From: an uncultured Gemmatimonadales bacterium
Lineage (GTDB): Bacteria > Gemmatimonadota > Gemmatimonadetes > Longimicrobiales > RSA9
Direction: 5' to 3'
DNA: 64,000 nucleotides
NCBI GenBank assembly: GCA_963708135.1
Contig: OY970192.1
Coordinates: forward strand, 3,456,001-3,520,000
Shown here one piece after another: positions 51,598 through 61,011 of this stretch. Made by a program: the position numbers and the translations under genes. Each line of letters opens with the position of its first letter. Position 1 is the first letter of the stretch. Under the pieces are notes generated by a model. It saw only the letters and a program-made list of their open reading frames with translations, ran no database searches and had not been told where the DNA came from.

Positions 51598-51981
51598 TCA
51601 GTCTTCGCCGGAATCCTCGCCGCCCCCCTCCTCCTTCCAGAACCCCAGCATGTCGCGGTCGAAGTCCTCCGGCGCCTCCGCGTAGGCCGTCGACCATTCC
51701 TCGAAGGAAGGCAGGTCGATCCGCGCGCTCAGTGCCTCCGTCGCCCGCTGGACGAGCTGCCGGTACGACGCCACCCGGTCCTCATCGGTCCCGGCCGACC
51801 CGTTCGGCTCACCATCCGAGACGCCAACGCCCGCGCCCCCGGCTTCCGCCGCGATCGCCTCGTGCGCGAGCTCGTAGATCTCGTCCGGCGTCAGCTCGAG
51901 GAACTGGTCGGCAACCCGCGCCGAGCACCAATCGAGATATTTCGCCCGCAGAATTCTGCCAGCGGCGGGATCTGCGATCAT
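51598..51981 (-). CDS. Hypothetical helical protein
   Basis: LRAKYLDWCSARVADQF...LPSFEEW; resembles the C-half of the 52909-53562 product. Confidence 0.75.
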   Translation of the reverse strand: MIADPAAGRILRAKYLDWCSARVADQFLELTPDEIYELAHEAIAAEAGGAGVGVSDGEPNGSAGTDEDRVASYRQLVQRATEALSARIDLPSFEEWSTAYAEAPEDFDRDMLGFWKEEGGGEDSGED

Positions 51982-52126
51982 CGTTCCGGCTTGAGGTGAG
52001 GGGGCGCCGCCTGAGTGGCGGCCTCGAGATCGTACAGCCTTGCCCCTGCCTCAGAGCAGCTCCCGGCCATTCTCGGCCGGCCTGCAGACGAGACTACGTC
52101 GCCCCCGTCCGCTGCGTCAAGGTGGT

Positions 52127-52306
52127 CTACGGTTCGATGCGCCGCTCGGAACGAGCCAGGAGGTGGTCGTAGATGGTCCTGCGTGTCAAGGCATACAACA
52201 CAATCTTGCTGAGCATCTCCGGATCGCGCCGCTGTACCTCCTCCACCTCGGCCGCCACCGTCTTCGGCAAGCGGACCCGCAACTCCACGGCACACGTGTC
52301 CCACAT
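52127..52306 (-). CDS. Ribbon-helix-helix-like microprotein (59 aa)
   Basis: VELRVRLP (strand), KTVAAEVEEVQRRD and MLSKIVLYALTRR (helices); promoter upstream. Confidence 0.65.
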   Translation of the reverse strand: MWDTCAVELRVRLPKTVAAEVEEVQRRDPEMLSKIVLYALTRRTIYDHLLARSERRIEP

Positions 52307-52315
52307 AGGATCAGC

Positions 52316-52343
52316 CTCGCGCATCCGAAAGAATATGTTAAAT
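52316..52343. other. dif-like XerC/XerD recombination site
   Basis: CTCGCGCATCC-GAAAGA-ATATGTTAAAT vs E. coli dif GGTGCGCATAA-TGTATA-TTATGTTAAAT: XerD arm 10/11, XerC arm 6/11, 6-bp spacer. Confidence 0.6.
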
Positions 52344-52411
52344 TGTGTGGTTGCGAACACCCCGAAAGGACCCGCACGCGCCCTTCGACGCTGTCCCCGA
52401 CCGGCGCCCAC

Positions 52412-52440
52412 AAGATAGACGGAGGGCCGACACGCGTCAA
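52412..52440 (-). promoter_or_regulatory. Sigma70-type promoter for the RHH-like gene
   Basis: TTGACG-17 nt-TATCTT on the - strand. Confidence 0.65.
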
Positions 52441-52689
52441 GCCTTTCCGTAACCACCTGCCGCGCAAATCGTTACATGGATGTTGTTGCAATACAACATC
52501 TTATGGCGCAACCCGAAAGTCCACTCGTGCGCTTTGAGGCCGAGCCGTGACATCGGGGAGCGTCGCGCCACACGCCCGAAATCGTTGTCGGCACTACGCT
52601 TTCAGAACCCCTGGCCGGGCGGTGGAGGGGCGCCGCGCGCTCCCCGAAATTCGAGGTTTTTGCGGGGACGACCCGAAACCCGGTGCGGC

Positions 52690-52718
52690 TTGACCCGCGC
52701 TCCCGCCCCCGCTAGCGT
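52690..52718 (+). promoter_or_regulatory. Sigma70-type promoter
   Basis: TTGACC-17 nt-TAGCGT. Confidence 0.55.
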
Positions 52719-52908
52719 GGGCGGGAGCGATCGTGGCCGGCGGACGGTGCCGTCGGGACCGCGAGCGCTCCGCCCGCGCGGTGCGATTCCGGCCGGCGCG
52801 AGGCGCGGCTCTGCTGTCTCACGGTCTTGCTTGGCGCCGATGCTCCCGACCCCGGATGAGGACGCCTTCCCCGCCGCGCCGGCGGGTCCGCCGCGACATG
52901 CTCACGGC

Positions 52909-53562
52909 ATGCGCGAGCGGCGCCGGTCGTTCTGCTTCCTGGAGCGGGAGGGGGAGCGATGGACCGCCTACCTTGCCACCTACATGGATGGCGACGGCGC
53001 GTGCCGCGGGTACTTCGCCTTCCGCCACGCCGGTCCGCCGTCGGAGGTCCGGACGGCGGTGCTCTTCGTGGAGTCGGACGAGTCGGAGGTGGACGCGCGG
53101 GCGCGCGGGCTGGGGCGGCCGCTGCTGCAGGCGCTGCTGGAGTCGGCGTTGCACGCGGCCGAGCGGCGGCGTGGGGTGTCTCCGGACATGCACCGCTGGT
53201 TCCGCGAGATCCTTCGCAGGCGGACGCCGGAGCCGTTTCCGCTGCCGGCGCCCGACCGCTCGGCGGTCACGCTGGCGCAGCTGCGATCGGTGTACGAGTC
53301 GTACCGGCTCGATCAGGTGGCGCACCTGGTGTGGCTGATCGAGCCGGAGACCTTCCGCTCGCTGGTGGAGCGCCTGCTCGACGGTCGCGAGATCGATTTC
53401 GTCGGCAGCGACCGACTCCAGCTCGCGATGCTGGTGGTGCAGGAGCTGGAGCACCATCTCGTTCTGCCGCCGTTCGAGCTCTGGGTGGAGGACTTCCTGG
53501 CGCACCCGGCGGCGTACCAGGCCTACACACACGCCCTGCACCGCGGGAAGGAGCTGCCCTAG
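52909..53562 (+). CDS. Hypothetical two-domain protein
   Basis: Coding-like composition; start 52909 or 52840; C-half LRSVYESY...LPPFELW resembles 51598-51981. Confidence 0.7.
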   Translation: MRERRRSFCFLEREGERWTAYLATYMDGDGACRGYFAFRHAGPPSEVRTAVLFVESDESEVDARARGLGRPLLQALLESALHAAERRRGVSPDMHRWFREILRRRTPEPFPLPAPDRSAVTLAQLRSVYESYRLDQVAHLVWLIEPETFRSLVERLLDGREIDFVGSDRLQLAMLVVQELEHHLVLPPFELWVEDFLAHPAAYQAYTHALHRGKELP

Positions 53563-53569
53563 CGCCGCC

Positions 53570-54628
53570 ATGCGCTGGCTCTATCCGCTGCTCCTCGCCT
53601 TTCCGATCGCGCTCCTCCTCCACTGGCTGGATGCGCCGCCCGCCTGGACGTTCGCCGCGTCCGGGCTGGCCATCATTCCACTCTCTGCCGTGCTGGGCAG
53701 GGCGACAGAGGACCTCGCGGCGCACACCTCGGCCACCCTCGGCGCGCTGCTGAACGCGACACTCGGCAACGCGGCGGAGTTGATCATCACGATCCTCGCG
53801 CTGCGCCAGGGACTGGTGGACCTGGTGAAGGCGTCGCTGACGGGCTCCATCATCGGCAACCTGCTGCTCGTGCTGGGCGCCGCGCTGCTGGCGGGGGGGC
53901 TCCGTTTCCGGACGCAGTCCTTCAATGAGCGGGCAGCCGGGATGGCGTCGGCGATGCTGATGCTCTCCGTGACCGCGCTCGTGATCCCCGCGCTGTTCGT
54001 GCTGGCGCATCCGGGCACGGTGCGGCCGCGGACCTGGGAGTTATCGGTGGCGGTGGCGGGCGTGCTGATCGCAACCTACGGGGCGAGCCTCGTCTTCACG
54101 CTGCGCACCCACGCGGCGCTGCTGGGCGCTCCCGCGCACGCGGGGGAGGAGGCGGCGCGAGGCGCCCCGGCCGGCTCGCTGCGCGGTGCGGTCGCGCTGC
54201 TCGCGGCGAGCACCGTGGGCATCGCGATCATGAGCGAGCTCCTGGTCTCGACCACCGAGGCCGCCGTCGCGGCGACGGGCATCTCCGAGATCTTCGTCGG
54301 AGTGGTGCTGGTGCCGGTGATCGGCAACGCGGCCGAGCACGCGTCGGCGGTATGGATGGCGGCGCGCGACAAGATGGACCTGGCGTTCGGCATCGCCATC
54401 GGCTCCAGCACCCAGGTGGCGCTCTTCGTCGCGCCCGTGCTGGTGTTCGTGGCGCTGCTCTTCGGCCGGCGCATGGACTTCGTCTTCACGCCGATGGAGG
54501 TGGTCGCGGTCGCGGCCGCGACCGCCATCGTCAACATCATCGCGCGCGACGGCGAGACGAACTGGTTCGAGGGGGCTCAGCTGCTGGCCGTGTACGTGAT
54601 CCTGGCCGCGGCCTTCTACTTCTACTGA
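53570..54628 (+). CDS. Ca2+/H+ antiporter (CaCA family, Cax/ChaA)
   Basis: LLNATLGNAAELI, GSIIGNLLL, GNAAEH, GSSTQVALF, NWFEGAQLL. Confidence 0.93.
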   Translation: MRWLYPLLLAFPIALLLHWLDAPPAWTFAASGLAIIPLSAVLGRATEDLAAHTSATLGALLNATLGNAAELIITILALRQGLVDLVKASLTGSIIGNLLLVLGAALLAGGLRFRTQSFNERAAGMASAMLMLSVTALVIPALFVLAHPGTVRPRTWELSVAVAGVLIATYGASLVFTLRTHAALLGAPAHAGEEAARGAPAGSLRGAVALLAASTVGIAIMSELLVSTTEAAVAATGISEIFVGVVLVPVIGNAAEHASAVWMAARDKMDLAFGIAIGSSTQVALFVAPVLVFVALLFGRRMDFVFTPMEVVAVAAATAIVNIIARDGETNWFEGAQLLAVYVILAAAFYFY

Positions 54629-54692
54629 GCGGCCGCGCCCGCTCCCGCTGCCGCGTCGTCGCGCGCGCTGCCTCGCGCCGGACGCCGCCCTC

Positions 54693-55580
54693 TCAGAGGC
54701 CCAGCCGCGCGGGCACCGGCTTCTCGCCCGAGTAGTCGTAGAACCCCTTGCCGCGCTTCCTGCCGAAGCGCCCCATGGCCACCATGCGGCGCAGCAGCGG
54801 CGGCGGCGCGAAGCGCGTCTCGCGGTACTCGTCGAACATGATCTCGGCGATCCGGTAGAGCGTGTCGATGCCGACGAAGTCGGCCAGCGTGAACGGCCCC
54901 ATCGGGTACCCGGTGCCGAGCGTCATGCCCCGATCGATGTCCTCGATGCTGCCCAGCCCCTGCTCGAGCCCGCGGATCGCGTCCAGCATGTAGGGCACGA
55001 GCAGCCGATTCACGATGAAGCCGGAGGTGTCCCTGGCCTCCACCGGCTCCTTGCCGAGCGAGCGCGCGAAGTCGAACGCGCGCCGGTACGGCTCCTCCCC
55101 CGTGGCGATCGTGCGCACCACCTCCACGAGCTTCATCACCGGGACCGGGTTGAAGAAGTGGAGCCCCACGACGCGGTCCGGCCGGCTCGTGGCCGCCGCC
55201 ATGTCGGCAATCGTGAGCGAGCTCGTGTTGCTCGCGAAGATGGTTTCCGGTCCGCACACGCCATCGAGGACGGCGAACATCTCGTTCTTCACGGCCAGGT
55301 CCTCCGTCACCGCCTCGATGACGATGTCGGCGCCCTTCAGGTCCTCCAGCGCCGTCGTCAGCTCGATCCGGCCGAGGATCGCGGCGCGGTCCTCCGCGGC
55401 CAGCTTTCCCTTCGAGACGGCGCGCTCCAGGCTCTTCCCGATGGCGCCCCGCCCCCGCTCCGCGGCTGCCTCATCCACCTCCCGCACGCGGGTCGTGAAA
55501 CCCGCCTTCGCCGCGACCTCGGCGATCCCGCTGCCCATCAGCCCGCACCCGAGCACGCCGACCGTGCGGATCTCAGCCAT
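54693..55580 (-). CDS. hbd: 3-hydroxyacyl(butyryl)-CoA dehydrogenase
   Basis: GCGLMGSGIA, ASNTSSL, GLHFFNPVP, GFIVNRLL, GYPMGP, GKGFYDY. Confidence 0.9.
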   Translation of the reverse strand: MAEIRTVGVLGCGLMGSGIAEVAAKAGFTTRVREVDEAAAERGRGAIGKSLERAVSKGKLAAEDRAAILGRIELTTALEDLKGADIVIEAVTEDLAVKNEMFAVLDGVCGPETIFASNTSSLTIADMAAATSRPDRVVGLHFFNPVPVMKLVEVVRTIATGEEPYRRAFDFARSLGKEPVEARDTSGFIVNRLLVPYMLDAIRGLEQGLGSIEDIDRGMTLGTGYPMGPFTLADFVGIDTLYRIAEIMFDEYRETRFAPPPLLRRMVAMGRFGRKRGKGFYDYSGEKPVPARLGL

Positions 55581-55643
55581 AGATTCCTCCATTGGTTCCG
55601 AACGAACGTGAGCCGGGAAATGTGGGGATGGGGGCAGCGGAAT

Positions 55644-56513
55644 TCAACCGAAGGTGGAGCGGCCACTTCCGAGTCGGAGGCGGAGGCGTCGCCAGAAGGG
55701 GGAGGCCGGCGGGTCGAGCGACTCGCCCAGCTGGAGCCGATCGAGGAGGCCGTTCAGCTCGAGCCGCGCCGCCGCCAGGCGGCGGCGGAAGCGGGAGGCC
55801 ATGAGCGCAACGCCACCCGCGAGCCCGCCCGCGAAGCCGGTCACGGCGGCCGCCGCGGCGCCCGCGACGGCGATCGGCGCGGCGGGCAGTCCGGCGAGCA
55901 CCAGGATGAGCGCGCCCGCACCTCCGCCCACTCCCAGCCCCAGCATCGCGCCGAGGGTCAGGCCGCCCCGGATCGAGGACCTCCTCTGGTCCACCAGGTC
56001 GATGTCGAGCCGGACGTGCACTGATCCGGCCTCCAGCGGGCGGACGGCCGTGATGACGCGGCTCGCGCGGGCGAGGGAGTAGCGGCGGGACGGACGCGTC
56101 AGGGCGCGGGCCACCGACGAGATCGTGTCGTCCGCGGGCTCGAGCCAGGCGTGCTCGCCGCGCCGCCGACGGACCTGCAGGTACTCTCGCGTGACCAGGT
56201 ACTCCTCGAGCGTGCGTCTCGTGGCGGCCGGATCGGCGCGCAGCGTTCGCGCCATCTCGAGGGAGGCGGGGCCGAAGATGCGGCCCAGAGGGCCCGGCTG
56301 GCGCGGCTCCACGGGGAGCTCGAAGAGCGCCTGCTTCACGCTGCGCGCGGGCAGCCCGAGCTCGGCGCCGATGCGCATCACCTCGCTCTCCGAGATGCGC
56401 TCGTCCGCGTCCGCCTCCGCGGCGGACAGCTCCGCCGCCCGGCGGATCACCAGCTCGAGCTGGCGGCGCGTCAGGGCGCCTTCTCTCGACGATTCCCGGG
56501 ATTCATCCGACAC
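55644..56513 (-). CDS. Hypothetical membrane protein
   Basis: Helical N-terminus (VIRRAAEL...IGAELGL), two Gly/Ala-rich TM segments near the C-terminus. Confidence 0.7.
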   Translation of the reverse strand: MSDESRESSREGALTRRQLELVIRRAAELSAAEADADERISESEVMRIGAELGLPARSVKQALFELPVEPRQPGPLGRIFGPASLEMARTLRADPAATRRTLEEYLVTREYLQVRRRRGEHAWLEPADDTISSVARALTRPSRRYSLARASRVITAVRPLEAGSVHVRLDIDLVDQRRSSIRGGLTLGAMLGLGVGGGAGALILVLAGLPAAPIAVAGAAAAAVTGFAGGLAGGVALMASRFRRRLAAARLELNGLLDRLQLGESLDPPASPFWRRLRLRLGSGRSTFG

Positions 56514-56559
56514 GACCTGAAGATAAGCGCCGCGCGCCCCCGTGCGAACCCCCGCGCCG

Positions 56560-57132
56560 TTAGCGCGCGGCGGCGGTCGCCTGGCCGAGCGCGCGAACGA
56601 CCGCCAGCAGCGTCTCGTCGCTCACCCGGTCCGCGGCCGTGCGGCCGACGTGCCCGAAACGCACCGCGCCCCGCCCGTCCACCACGAACTCCGCCGGCCT
56701 CGGCGCGGGCTCGCCCTCGCGCCAGACGCCCCACCGTTGCAGCGTGGCCGGCGGCACGGAGACCAGCGGAAAATCGATGTCGAGCCGCTTGCGCGTGCCC
56801 GGCAGGCTGTCCGCCGGCTCCGGCGTCACCGCGACGAGCTTCGCGCCTGCCGCCTCGTAGTCCGCGCGATACCGCTGCGCGGCGGCGAGCCGCTCGACGC
56901 AGATGCCGCAGAAGGCGCCGCGGTAGAAGATGAGCACGACAGGCGCGCCCCGCAGGCCGGCCAGGGTGAAGCGGCCGCCGCCGTCGGTGACCCCCTCGAG
57001 GGAAGGGGCCGCGGCGCGGGAGGCCGCGGGCGCGCCCGGGGCCGCTCCGCCACCGTCCTCCACTGCCGGCGCCCGGCCACAGCCCGCCAGCGCGAGGCCG
57101 AGCAGCGGAATGGTTGCGATGCGGTACCTCAT
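56560..57132 (-). CDS. Peroxiredoxin-like (AhpC/TSA, thioredoxin fold) lipoprotein
   Basis: LALAGC lipobox; VVLIFYRGAFCGIC; PAEFVVDGRG. Confidence 0.8.
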   Translation of the reverse strand: MRYRIATIPLLGLALAGCGRAPAVEDGGGAAPGAPAASRAAAPSLEGVTDGGGRFTLAGLRGAPVVLIFYRGAFCGICVERLAAAQRYRADYEAAGAKLVAVTPEPADSLPGTRKRLDIDFPLVSVPPATLQRWGVWREGEPAPRPAEFVVDGRGAVRFGHVGRTAADRVSDETLLAVVRALGQATAAAR

Positions 57133-57145
57133 GCCCCCCGCGACG

Positions 57146-58093
57146 TCAGGAAGATTCCCTGTCGGAGTGCTCGCGCCGAGGGTCAAGCTTCATGCCAGTC
57201 ACGTCCCCGGCGGGGACGCGCGGCGCCATGAGCAGTTCGCTCTCCGGCTCGGCGCGCGCGAGGGCGCGGTCCGCCTCCTCTTCCGCGCGCGCGATCTCCG
57301 CCTCGACCTTGGCATCATCGACCGGTGCCGCCTGCTCGGCGAGCTTCTTCATGAACGGCTGGAACAGGTCGATCGGGATCGGGAACAGCGTGGTCGAGTT
57401 GTTCTCGGTCGCGATCTCCGTGACCGTCTGCAGGTAGCGGAGCTGGATGGCCGCGGGATACTTGCCGATGATGCGGGCGGCCTCGGCCAGCTTGGCGGAC
57501 GCCTGGTACTCGCCCTCCGCCGCGATGATCTTCGCCCGCCGCTCCCGCTCCGCCTCCGCCTGCCGCGCCATCGCGCGCTTCATCTCCTGCGGCAGGTCGA
57601 TGTCCTTCATCTCCACTGATACCACGTCGATCCCCCAGGCGTCGGTGCCCTCGTCGATGATCTTCTGCACGATCTTGTTGATGTGCTCGCGGTCCGAGAG
57701 CAGCTGGTCGAGCTCCGCCTGCCCCACCACGTTGCGCAGCGTCGTCTGCGCGAGCTGGCTGGTGGCGTAGAGGTAGTCCTGAATCTCGACGATCGCCCTC
57801 ACGGGGTCGCGCACGCGGAAGTAGACCACCGCGTTCACCTTGACGGAGATGTTGTCGCGCGTGATCACGTCCTGCGGCGGGATGTCCATGGTGACGATGC
57901 GCAGCGGCACCTTGACCATGCGCTCGATACCGAGCGGCACGAGGAAGACCAGGCCGGGCCCGCGCGGACGGGTGAGCCGCCCGAGCCGGAAGACGACCCC
58001 GCGCTCGTACTCGCGCAGCACGCGCAGGCTCGTGATGACCACGGCCACGGCCGCCGCCGCGATCGGCAGGATGAACGGCGTCAAGAGATCCAT
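57146..58093 (-). CDS. SPFH/stomatin (slipin) family protein
   Basis: [57 protein letters not shown]. Confidence 0.92.
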   Translation of the reverse strand: MDLLTPFILPIAAAAVAVVITSLRVLREYERGVVFRLGRLTRPRGPGLVFLVPLGIERMVKVPLRIVTMDIPPQDVITRDNISVKVNAVVYFRVRDPVRAIVEIQDYLYATSQLAQTTLRNVVGQAELDQLLSDREHINKIVQKIIDEGTDAWGIDVVSVEMKDIDLPQEMKRAMARQAEAERERRAKIIAAEGEYQASAKLAEAARIIGKYPAAIQLRYLQTVTEIATENNSTTLFPIPIDLFQPFMKKLAEQAAPVDDAKVEAEIARAEEEADRALARAEPESELLMAPRVPAGDVTGMKLDPRREHSDRESS

Positions 58094-58109
58094 CGTCGGA
58101 CCACCTCTC

Positions 58110-59315
58110 CTAGAGAGCCTCCACCACGACGGCCATGCCCTGGCCTCCGCCAATGCAGGCGCTGCCCAGGCCGTAACGGGCGCCACGGCGCCGCAGCTCG
58201 TGCAGCAGGTGAATGGTGATGCGCGCGCCGGATGCCGCCAGCGGGTGTGTCAGCGCGATCGCGCCGCCGTCCACGTTCGTCTTCGCGAGGTCCAGCTCGA
58301 GCTCGCGAACGACCGCCGCGTACTGCGGGGCGAACGCCTCGTTCACCTCCACCAGATCCATGGCGTCCACCCCCAGACCCGCCTTCTCCAGCGCCTTGCG
58401 CGCCGCCGGCGCCGGGCCGATTCCCATGATGTCCGGGCGCACGCCGGCGATCCCCCAGGAGACGAGCCGCCCGATCGGGCGGGCGTCGTTGCGTTGCGCC
58501 CACGCCGCGCTGGCGATGATCGTCGCCGCCGCGCCGTCGCCGATGCCGCTGGCGTTGCCCGCCGTGACCAGGCCGTCCTTCTTGAAGTAGGGACGCAGCG
58601 CTGCCAGCTGCTCGCGCGTGGTGTCCGGGCGCATGTGCTCGTCGGCCCTGAACTCGACCTCCCCCTTCCGCGTCTTGACGGGGACGCCCACGACCTCGGC
58701 GTCGTAGTGGCCCTCCTCCCAGCCGCGCCGTGCGCGTGCCTGCGACTCGTAGGCCAGCTCGTCCGCCTCCTCGCGCGTGACGCCGTACTCCTCCGCGAGC
58801 TTCTCGGCCGTCTGCGCCATCGAGAGCCCGCACTGCGGGTCCGTGAGCGCCTGCCACAGCAGGTCCTCGAAGAAGCCGCCCGCCTCGCCGAGGCGCAGCT
58901 CGCCCCAGCGCGCGCCGCGCACGATGTGCGGCGCCTGGCTCATCGACTCCGCCCCCCCGCACAGGCAGACCTCCGCCTCCCCCAGCAGGATCTGCTCGGC
59001 CCCACTCACGACCGCCTGGAATCCCGAGCCGCACAGCCGGTTGATCGTGAGCGCCGGGACCTCCACCGGCGTGCCTGCCCGGAGCCCCACGTGCCGCGCC
59101 AGGTAGATCGCGTCCGAGGAGGTCTGCAGCGCGTTCCCGAAGATCACCTGGTCCACCGCGTCCGCCGGAACGCCCGCCGTCTCCAGCGCGGAGCGCGCCG
59201 CGATGGCGCCCAGGTCCGTGGCGGTGAAAGTCTTCAGCGTCCCGCCGAATGCGCCGAACGGAGTCCGGCGCCCCGAGAGGAAGACGATGTCCGCGTCCTT
59301 GCCCTGCGTGCCCAT
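58110..59315 (-). CDS. Acetyl-CoA C-acyltransferase (thiolase)
   Basis: [40 protein letters not shown]. Confidence 0.95.
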   Translation of the reverse strand: MGTQGKDADIVFLSGRRTPFGAFGGTLKTFTATDLGAIAARSALETAGVPADAVDQVIFGNALQTSSDAIYLARHVGLRAGTPVEVPALTINRLCGSGFQAVVSGAEQILLGEAEVCLCGGAESMSQAPHIVRGARWGELRLGEAGGFFEDLLWQALTDPQCGLSMAQTAEKLAEEYGVTREEADELAYESQARARRGWEEGHYDAEVVGVPVKTRKGEVEFRADEHMRPDTTREQLAALRPYFKKDGLVTAGNASGIGDGAAATIIASAAWAQRNDARPIGRLVSWGIAGVRPDIMGIGPAPAARKALEKAGLGVDAMDLVEVNEAFAPQYAAVVRELELDLAKTNVDGGAIALTHPLAASGARITIHLLHELRRRGARYGLGSACIGGGQGMAVVVEAL

Positions 59316-59393
59316 ACCGGCTCCCTTGAGTTCGATGGCTCGCGGGGTACAACCCCCGCGTGGATGGAAGGTTCGGCCGCTCGGGCGCCGCGC

Positions 59394-60455
59394 TCAGCGC
59401 GGAGCGCCGCCCAGCTCGTCCGAGATCCAGTCGCCGACGGCCGCCGTGCCGAGCCGTCCGCCCAGGTCGGGCGTGGTGTGGCCGGCGTGAATCGAGGCCC
59501 GCACGGCGCGCTCGATCCGCACCGCCTGCTCGCCGTGACCGAGGTGCTCCAGCATGAGCCCCGCGGTGAGGATCGCCGCCATGGGATTGGCCCGGTCCTG
59601 GCCCGCCAGGTCGGGCGCCGAGCCATGGACCGGCTCGAACAGGCCCGGCCGCGCCGGGTTCAGGTTGGCCGACGGCGCGAGCCCGAGGCCTCCGACGAGC
59701 CCGGCGGCCAGGTCGCTCAGGATATCGCCGAAGAGGTTGGAGGCGACGATGACGTCGTAGCGCGCCGGGTGCAGCACCAGGTCCATCGCCAGCGCATCCA
59801 CGTACATCGCATCACGCGCTATCCCCGGATACTCCTCGCCCACCTCGGCGAACACGCGCCGGTACAGCCCGCCGACGTGGCGCATTGCGTTCGCCTTGTC
59901 CGCCAGCGTCACCCGCTTGCGGCCCCGGGTGCTCGCGTACTCGAAGGCCGCCCGCACGATCCGCTCGACGCCCTTCCGCGTGTTCAGGTCCTCCTCGATC
60001 GCCAACTCGTCCGCCGTGCCGCCCTTGAACGTGCCGCCGACACCGACATACACCCCCTCCGTGTTCTCCCGGAATATGACGATGTCCACGTCCTCCACCC
60101 GCACGCTCCTCAGCGGAGAGAACGCGGCATCGAAGAGCCGCACCGGCCGCAGGTTGATATAGAGATCGAAGCGGAACCGCATGCCCAGCAGGATGTCTCG
60201 GGCGTGCGCGTTGTCGGGGACTCGCGGATCCCCAAGGGCACCCAGCAGGATGGCGTCGTACTCCGATTCCAGGCGCGCCATCTCGGCATTCGTGACGGCC
60301 ATGCCCGTGCGCAGGTAACGCTCCGCGCCGAGGTCCCACTCATCCAGCTCCAGCGAGAGCGACCCCGTCTCGGCAATGCGGCGCAGGACCTTCGCGGCCT
60401 CCCGCACGACCTCGACGCCGATGCCGTCCCCCGGGATCAGGGCAATGCGTGCCAT
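59394..60455 (-). CDS. Isocitrate/isopropylmalate/tartrate dehydrogenase family protein
   Basis: IPGDGIG, NLRP, FRENTEG, NLFGDILSDL, FEPVHGSAPD. Confidence 0.9.
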   Translation of the reverse strand: MARIALIPGDGIGVEVVREAAKVLRRIAETGSLSLELDEWDLGAERYLRTGMAVTNAEMARLESEYDAILLGALGDPRVPDNAHARDILLGMRFRFDLYINLRPVRLFDAAFSPLRSVRVEDVDIVIFRENTEGVYVGVGGTFKGGTADELAIEEDLNTRKGVERIVRAAFEYASTRGRKRVTLADKANAMRHVGGLYRRVFAEVGEEYPGIARDAMYVDALAMDLVLHPARYDVIVASNLFGDILSDLAAGLVGGLGLAPSANLNPARPGLFEPVHGSAPDLAGQDRANPMAAILTAGLMLEHLGHGEQAVRIERAVRASIHAGHTTPDLGGRLGTAAVGDWISDELGGAPR

Positions 60456-60516
60456 GGTCGGAGTATACGACCCGCGCGCCGCAGACCGCCAGAGCGCGCC
60501 GCCACGCCCCTCCGGT

Positions 60517-61011
60517 TCAGCGAGCCGCCGCGGAGCTCACCACGATCACGCCCCGACAGCCCTCGCTCAGGCATACGAACGGATAGCGCCCGGGCGGCGC
60601 CCCCTCCAGGCTCACCACCCAGCTCGCCCCAGTGCTGATCAGAGGCGGACCCCGCAGCTGCCCGGTCCGGTCCAGGAACCCGCGCGCCTCCGGGGCGAGT
60701 CCCGCCGCATCGAAGGCCACGGCGTGGGTCCGCGCGTCCGCGGTCACGAAGCGCACCACGTCGCCCGGATGGACCTCCACGCTCTCCGGCTGCGCCTGCC
60801 GCGCCGAATCCGGGCCGCCCAGCCGCACGTCCGCCACTCCCACCCCCGGCGCCAGCTCCACCGTGTCGCTCCCCAGCGCCAGCCGCCGCTTCTGCGGACC
60901 CGCCCGACCGCAGGACGCCGCCACGACCCCCGCCAGCGCAAGGGCCCAATACAATGCGCCGGGGCGCCCCGCTCTGGGGCGCCCCGGCGCCAGGGGCCAT
61001 TCCCCCCTCAC
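60517..61011 (-). CDS. Cupredoxin (plastocyanin/azurin-like) lipoprotein with atypical ligand loop
   Basis: VAASC lipobox-like, VEVHPGDVVRF, HAVAF, PGRYPFVC; GTGA overlap with the cytochrome c gene. Confidence 0.7.
   Translation of the reverse strand: MRGEWPLAPGRPRAGRPGALYWALALAGVVAASCGRAGPQKRRLALGSDTVELAPGVGVADVRLGGPDSARQAQPESVEVHPGDVVRFVTADARTHAVAFDAAGLAPEARGFLDRTGQLRGPPLISTGASWVVSLEGAPPGRYPFVCLSEGCRGVIVVSSAAAR

Noticed and set aside
52310..52720. Possible oriC (AT-rich, with a local C-to-G skew impression, near recF-gyrB and ssb)
   Set aside because: No canonical DnaA-box cluster; the skew looks mosaic across the window and cannot be computed here.
57183..57198. Sigma54-like TGGCAT-N5-TTGA upstream of the peroxiredoxin-like gene
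   Set aside because: The -12 GC is missing and the site lies inside the upstream coding region.
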